Shown: positions 58,309 through 64,000 of the stretch, piece by piece
Layout of the letters: each line of letters opens with the position of its first letter
Numbering within the stretch: position 1 is the stretch's first letter
Assembly: GCA_009914755.4 (NCBI GenBank)
Contig: CP086569.2
Span: forward strand, 61,952,001-62,016,000
From: the human T2T-CHM13v2.0 reference genome, Homo sapiens
DNA: 64,000 bases
Reading direction: 5' to 3'
The notes under the pieces: model-generated
The model's input: only the letters and a program-made list of their open reading frames with translations
Database searches by the model: none
What the model was told of the DNA's origin: nothing
Position numbers and translations under genes: made by a program

Positions 58309-60403
58309 CATATTTTATAAATGAAAAAAAATTTCAAAGGTACTCTGCTTGGTAAAAAAATCAAATATATAAACTGAGGGATAAAACATAACCATGGAAC
58401 ATATTTATAACTGCATATGGAAAACACAGAGGAAAATTTTTTAAATTACATATCTTCAAAGCATTAACTAGTAATTTGAAGAGTTGGCATTTGAAATGCC
58501 AGTATGAATATACCTTCAAAGCAGCAACACAGTTTCCCCATGAGAAAAATCCAACTCAGGGAAAATAAAACCACAAAGGTTCACTCTGTTCTGACCATTG
58601 AAAAACACAGCACAGACAGTGGCCCTTAGGACCAAGAGGAGGAGATCCCTAATCCCGTCACCATGGCGATAGGGCATAAACATTGCAGGGTGAGGGCACA
58701 ATCCACATTGTGAGGTCCAACTGCTGCCAGGAAGACAGGAGTGCTTTTACATAGACCCAAAGGTCATTGAAGGCTCAGTGTTTTCTTTCAAAAACTGAAT
58801 CCCAAGCCCACACATTATTATGCTGCGCTTCTTAAAACAAATTATGAGATGGGAAATAGGGCACCCACAAATATATCTATACATTATATATAGAATAATA
58901 TATAGAATCATATATATAATATACGTAACATATATATAATACTGTTTTACACCCTGCATCTTATATTATATATCTTATGTGTATTATAATAACTGATAAA
59001 GTATAAGTATTATATTTATAAACTATGAAATATAATAATTATATTTTATGACATATATGATATATATTATATATCATATATAGAATATATTATATGGTTA
59101 ATATACGTATTAAATATATAATATTCATTATATATATTATATATATCTACGTTATATATAACATTCATTATAGATAATATATATCTTATATCTAGCTTAT
59201 AAATAATATAAAATAACACATAATAATATGTAATTGTATATATAAAATATGACATATAATATATATTATATTTTATGACACATATATGATATATATTATA
59301 TATTATATATAATACGTTGCATGTATAATACATATATTAAATATATATTATATGTCTCTGTTATTAATTCTATGTAATATATGTTACATATTACATATTT
59401 TACATGGAATACACATGTTACATACAATATATACTATGTTACATATAAGGTAGAATTTATGATATGTAATAAAATGTATGTTATATATTTTCTATAATTT
59501 ATAATGTACAATATGTGGGATGAGATATATATAACATGTAATATATGATATATGATATGCAATATATGATATATAACATACAATATATGATACATAATAT
59601 ATATGGTATGCAATATATATTTTATCATATATATTATATATGTTTTATATTATATTATATATAACTGTTATAATTATATATAACTGTATAATATTATACG
59701 TAAATATATAATATAATATATATAACCATATGTTATGTTATATATAATTTTATTACATACTTTCCATAATATATCATAATATAATATATATTATATTATA
59801 TTATTTTATATTACATAATATATATTATATATCACATAATATATGTTACATACATAATACTGAAATATATATTATATTATGATATATTAAATATCATATA
59901 TATTATGTATCCTATATTCTATAATATATATTATATATTATATAATATATAGGGTGTCTATTATATGATATATATAAATATATATATAATTATAGAATAC
60001 ATATAATGATATAAATATGTAATTATATTTGTCATTAATTATATTACATATAATTATATAATCATATATAATAATTTATATTATATAAATAATTATATCA
60101 TTATATATATTATAGTATCTATAAATTATAATATGTGATAAATAATATATATTATATATCATATATGATATAGTATATATGTTATATATCATATTATATA
60201 TCAATTTATGTTATGTTATCTATAATTATATATTTTCATATATAAGATGTATAATGAATTATATATTATATATGTTATGAAATATATATTATATATACAA
60301 TATGACATAGGATAAATATTATATATTATGATATATGTTATATATGCGGTTATATATTACGTATAAAGCATATTACATAACATATGATATATATCATATA
60401 TAC
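58014..60403. repeat. DYZ2-like unit 4 (2390 bp), subfamily B, dimer phase 2
   Basis: Its Alu has cacgggttcaag and tattttataaatg, shared with unit 6. Confidence 0.75.
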
Positions 60404-60698
60404 TTTTTATTTAGACAGAGTCTTGTCCTGTTGCACTGGGTGGAGTACAATGGCGCCATCTTTGCTCACTGCAACATCTGCCTCACGGCTTGAAGCGATT
60501 GTGCCCCCTCAGCCTCCCAGGTAGCTGGGAGTACACCACACTGGGGCTACACCAGCTGCCACCATGCCTAGATAATGTTTTCGATTTTTAGTAGTGACAG
60601 CGTTTCACTGTATTGGCCAGGATGGTCTTGATCTCTTCACCTTGTGATCCCCTTACCTTGCCCTCCAAATTTGCTGGGATTACAGCCTGAGCCAAGAT
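60404..60698 (-). mobile_element. Alu SINE copy (B-type)
   Basis: Same as above. Confidence 0.85.
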
Positions 60699-62799
60699 AC
60701 ATATTTTTTAAATGAAAAAAAATTTCAAAGGTACTCTGCTTGGTACAAAAATCAAATATATAAACTGAGGGATAAAACATAACCATGGAATATATTTATA
60801 ACTGCATATGGAAAATACAGAGGAGAATTTTTTAAATAACATATTTTCAAAGCATTAACTAGTAATTTGAAGAGTTGGCATTTGAAAGGGCAGTATGAAT
60901 ATACCTTCAAAGCAGCAACACAGTTTCCCCATGAGAAAAATCAAACTCAGGGAAAATGAAACCACAAAGTTTCACTCTGTTCTGACTATTGAAAAACACA
61001 GCACAGACAGTGGCCCTTAGGACCAAGAGGAGGAGGTCCCTAATCCCGTCACCATGGCGATAGGGCATAAACATTGCAGGGTGAGGACACAATCCACATT
61101 GTGAGGTCCAACTGCTGCCAGGAAGACAGGAGTGCTTTTACATAGACCCAAAGGTCATTGAAGGCTCAGTGTTTTCTTTCAAAAACTGAATCCCAAGCCC
61201 GCACATTATTATGCTGCGTTTCTTAAAACAAGTTATGAGATGGGAAATAGGGCACCCACAAATATATCTATACATTATGTATATAATAATATATAGAATC
61301 ATATATGTAATATATGTAACATATATATATAATACTGTTTTACACCCTGCATTTTACATTATATATATTATATATATTATAATAACTGATAATGTATAAG
61401 TATTATATTTATACACTAAGACATATAATAATTATATTTTATGAAATATATAATATATATTATATATCATATATAAAATATATTATATGGTTATTATATG
61501 TATTAAATATGTAATATTCATTATATATATTATATATATCTACATTATATATAACATTCATTATAGATAATATATATCTTATATCTAGATTATAAATAAT
61601 ATAAAATAACATATACTAATATGTAATTGTATATAAAAAATATGACATATAATATATATTATATTTTATGACACATTTATGATATATATTATATATTATA
61701 TATAATACGTTGTATGGATAATACATATGTTAAATATGTATTATTTGTCTATGTTATTAATTATATGTAATATATGTTATATATTACATATTTTACATAA
61801 AATACACATGTTACATAGAATATATACTATGTTACATAAAACGTTGAATTTATTATATGTAATATAATGTATGTCATATATTATATATACTTTATAATAT
61901 ACAATATGTGGAATGTGATATATATAACATGTAATATATGATATATGATATACAATATATGATATATAACATACAAGATATGATAGATAATATATATGGT
62001 ATGTAATATATATTTTATGATATATATTATATATGTTTTATATTATATTATATATAACTGTTTAAAATTATATATAACTGTATAATATTATACATAAATA
62101 TATAATATAATATATATAACCATATATTATGTTATATATAATTTTATTACATACTTTCCATAATATATCATAATATAATATATATTATATTATATTATTT
62201 TATATTACATAATATATATTATATATCACATAATATATGTTACATACATAATTTTGAAATATATATTATATTATGATATATTAAATATCATATATATTAT
62301 GTATCCTATATTCTATAATATATATTATATATTATATAATATGAAGGGTGTCTATTATAGGATATATATAATTATATACATAATTATAGTATACATATAG
62401 CGATATAAATATGTAATTATATTTATCATTATTTATATTACATATAATTATATAATCATATATAATAATTTGTATTATTAAAATAATTATATCATTACAT
62501 AAATTATAGTATATATAAATTATAATATGTGATAAATAATATATATCATATATCATATTTGATATAGTATATATGTTATATATCATATTATATATCAATT
62601 TATGTTATGTTATCTATAATTATATATTTTCATATATAAGATGTATAATATGAATTATATATTATATATGTTATGAAATATATATAATATATATAATATG
62701 ACACAGGATAAATGTTCTATATTATGACATATGATATATATGCGGTTATAGATTACGTATAAAGCATATTACATAACATATGATATATATCATATATAC
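60404..62799. repeat. DYZ2-like unit 5 (2396 bp), subfamily B, dimer phase 1
   Basis: See unit 3. Confidence 0.75.
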
Positions 62800-63095
62800 T
62801 TTTTATTTAGACAGAGTCTTGTCCTGTTGCACAGGGTGGAGTACAATGGCGCCATCTTTGCTCACTGCAACATCTGCCTCACGGGTTCAAGCGATTGTGC
62901 CCCCTCAGCCTCCCAGGTAGCTGGGAGTACACCACACTGGGGCTACACCAGCTGCCACCATGCCTAGATAATGTTTTGGATTTTTGGTAGTGACAGCGTT
63001 TCACTGTATTGGCCAGGATGGTCTTGATCTCTTCACCTTGTGATCCCCTTGCCTTGCCCTCCAAATTTGCTGGGATTACAGGCCTGAGCCAAGAT
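62800..63095 (-). mobile_element. Alu SINE copy (B-type)
   Basis: Same as above. Confidence 0.85.
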
Positions 63096-64000
63096 ACATA
63101 TTTTATAAATGAAAAAATATTTCAAAGGTACTCTGCTTGGTACAAAAATTAAATATATAAACTGAGGGATAAAACATAACCATGGAACATATTTATAACT
63201 GTATATGGAAAATACAGAGGATAATGTTTTAAATAACATATTTTCAAAGCATTAACTAGTAATTTGAAGAGTTGGCATTTGAAAGGGCAGTATGAATATA
63301 CCTTCAAAGCAGCAACACAGTTTCCCCATGAGAAAAATCAAACTCAGGGAAAATGAAACCACAAAGTTTCACTCTGTTCTGACTATTGAAAAACACAGCA
63401 CAGACAGTGGCCCTTAGGACCAAGAGGAGGAGGTCCCTAATCCCGTCACCATGGCGATAGGGCATAAACATTGCAGGGTGAGGACACAATCCACATTGTG
63501 AGGTCCAACTGCTGCCAGGAAGACAGGAGTGCTTTTACATAGACCCAAAGGTCATTGAAGGCTCAGTGTTTTCTTTCAAAAACTGAATCCCAAGCCCGCA
63601 CATTATTATGCTGCGTTTCTTAAAACAAGTTATGAGATGGGAAATAGGGCACCCACAAATACATCTATACATTATGTATATAATAATACGTAGAATCCTA
63701 TATGTAATATATGTAACATGTATATAATACTGTTTTACACCCTGCATCTTATATTATATAGATTATATGTATTATAATAACTGATAATGTTTAAGTATTG
63801 TATTTATACACTGTGACATATAATAATTATATTTTATGAGATATATAATATATATTATATATCATATATAGAATATATTATATGGTTAATATACGTATTA
63901 AATATATATTATTCATTATATATATTATATATATCTACGTTATATATAACATTCATTATAGATAATATATATCTTATATCTGGCTTATATATAATATAAA
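62800..64000. repeat. DYZ2-like unit 6 (partial, runs off the window), subfamily B, dimer phase 2
   Basis: See unit 4. Confidence 0.75.

Overview
This window contains no protein-coding sequence; it is human-type constitutive heterochromatin made of two juxtaposed satellite arrays. (1) Positions 1-50116 are a (GGAAT)n / HSat3 pentanucleotide satellite organised as a roughly 3.5-kb higher-order repeat (HOR). There are 14 complete copies plus one truncated copy, with landmark-to-landmark periods of 3468-3533 bp. This matches the DYZ1 family of the human Y long-arm (Yq12) heterochromatin. (2) Positions 50117-64000 are an AT-rich (HSat1-type) satellite with a roughly 2.4-kb unit. Each unit carries one CpG-decayed, 5'-truncated Alu on the minus strand and a roughly 575-bp non-AT unique segment, which matches DYZ2. 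The two arrays meet at an abrupt junction at 50116/50117. The window therefore most plausibly samples a DYZ1|DYZ2 block boundary of Yq12. This organisation is already described in the T2T-Y literature, so I do not claim a new biological system here. Every ORF in the supplied track is a frame artefact. On the plus strand, GGAAT pentamers read in frame give MEWNG... peptides. On the minus strand they give IPFHS... peptides. A 61-78-aa ORF recurs in each DYZ2 unit but accumulates non-synonymous differences between copies, as expected for non-coding DNA. The structure worth a second look is in the repeat arrays themselves: a near-identical run of five DYZ1 copies, a 7-kb dimeric super-periodicity, divergent array-edge copies that share a 45-bp insertion, a 30-bp deletion in one copy, a DYZ2 subfamily switch with a roughly 4.8-kb dimeric alternation, and the exact junction breakpoint.
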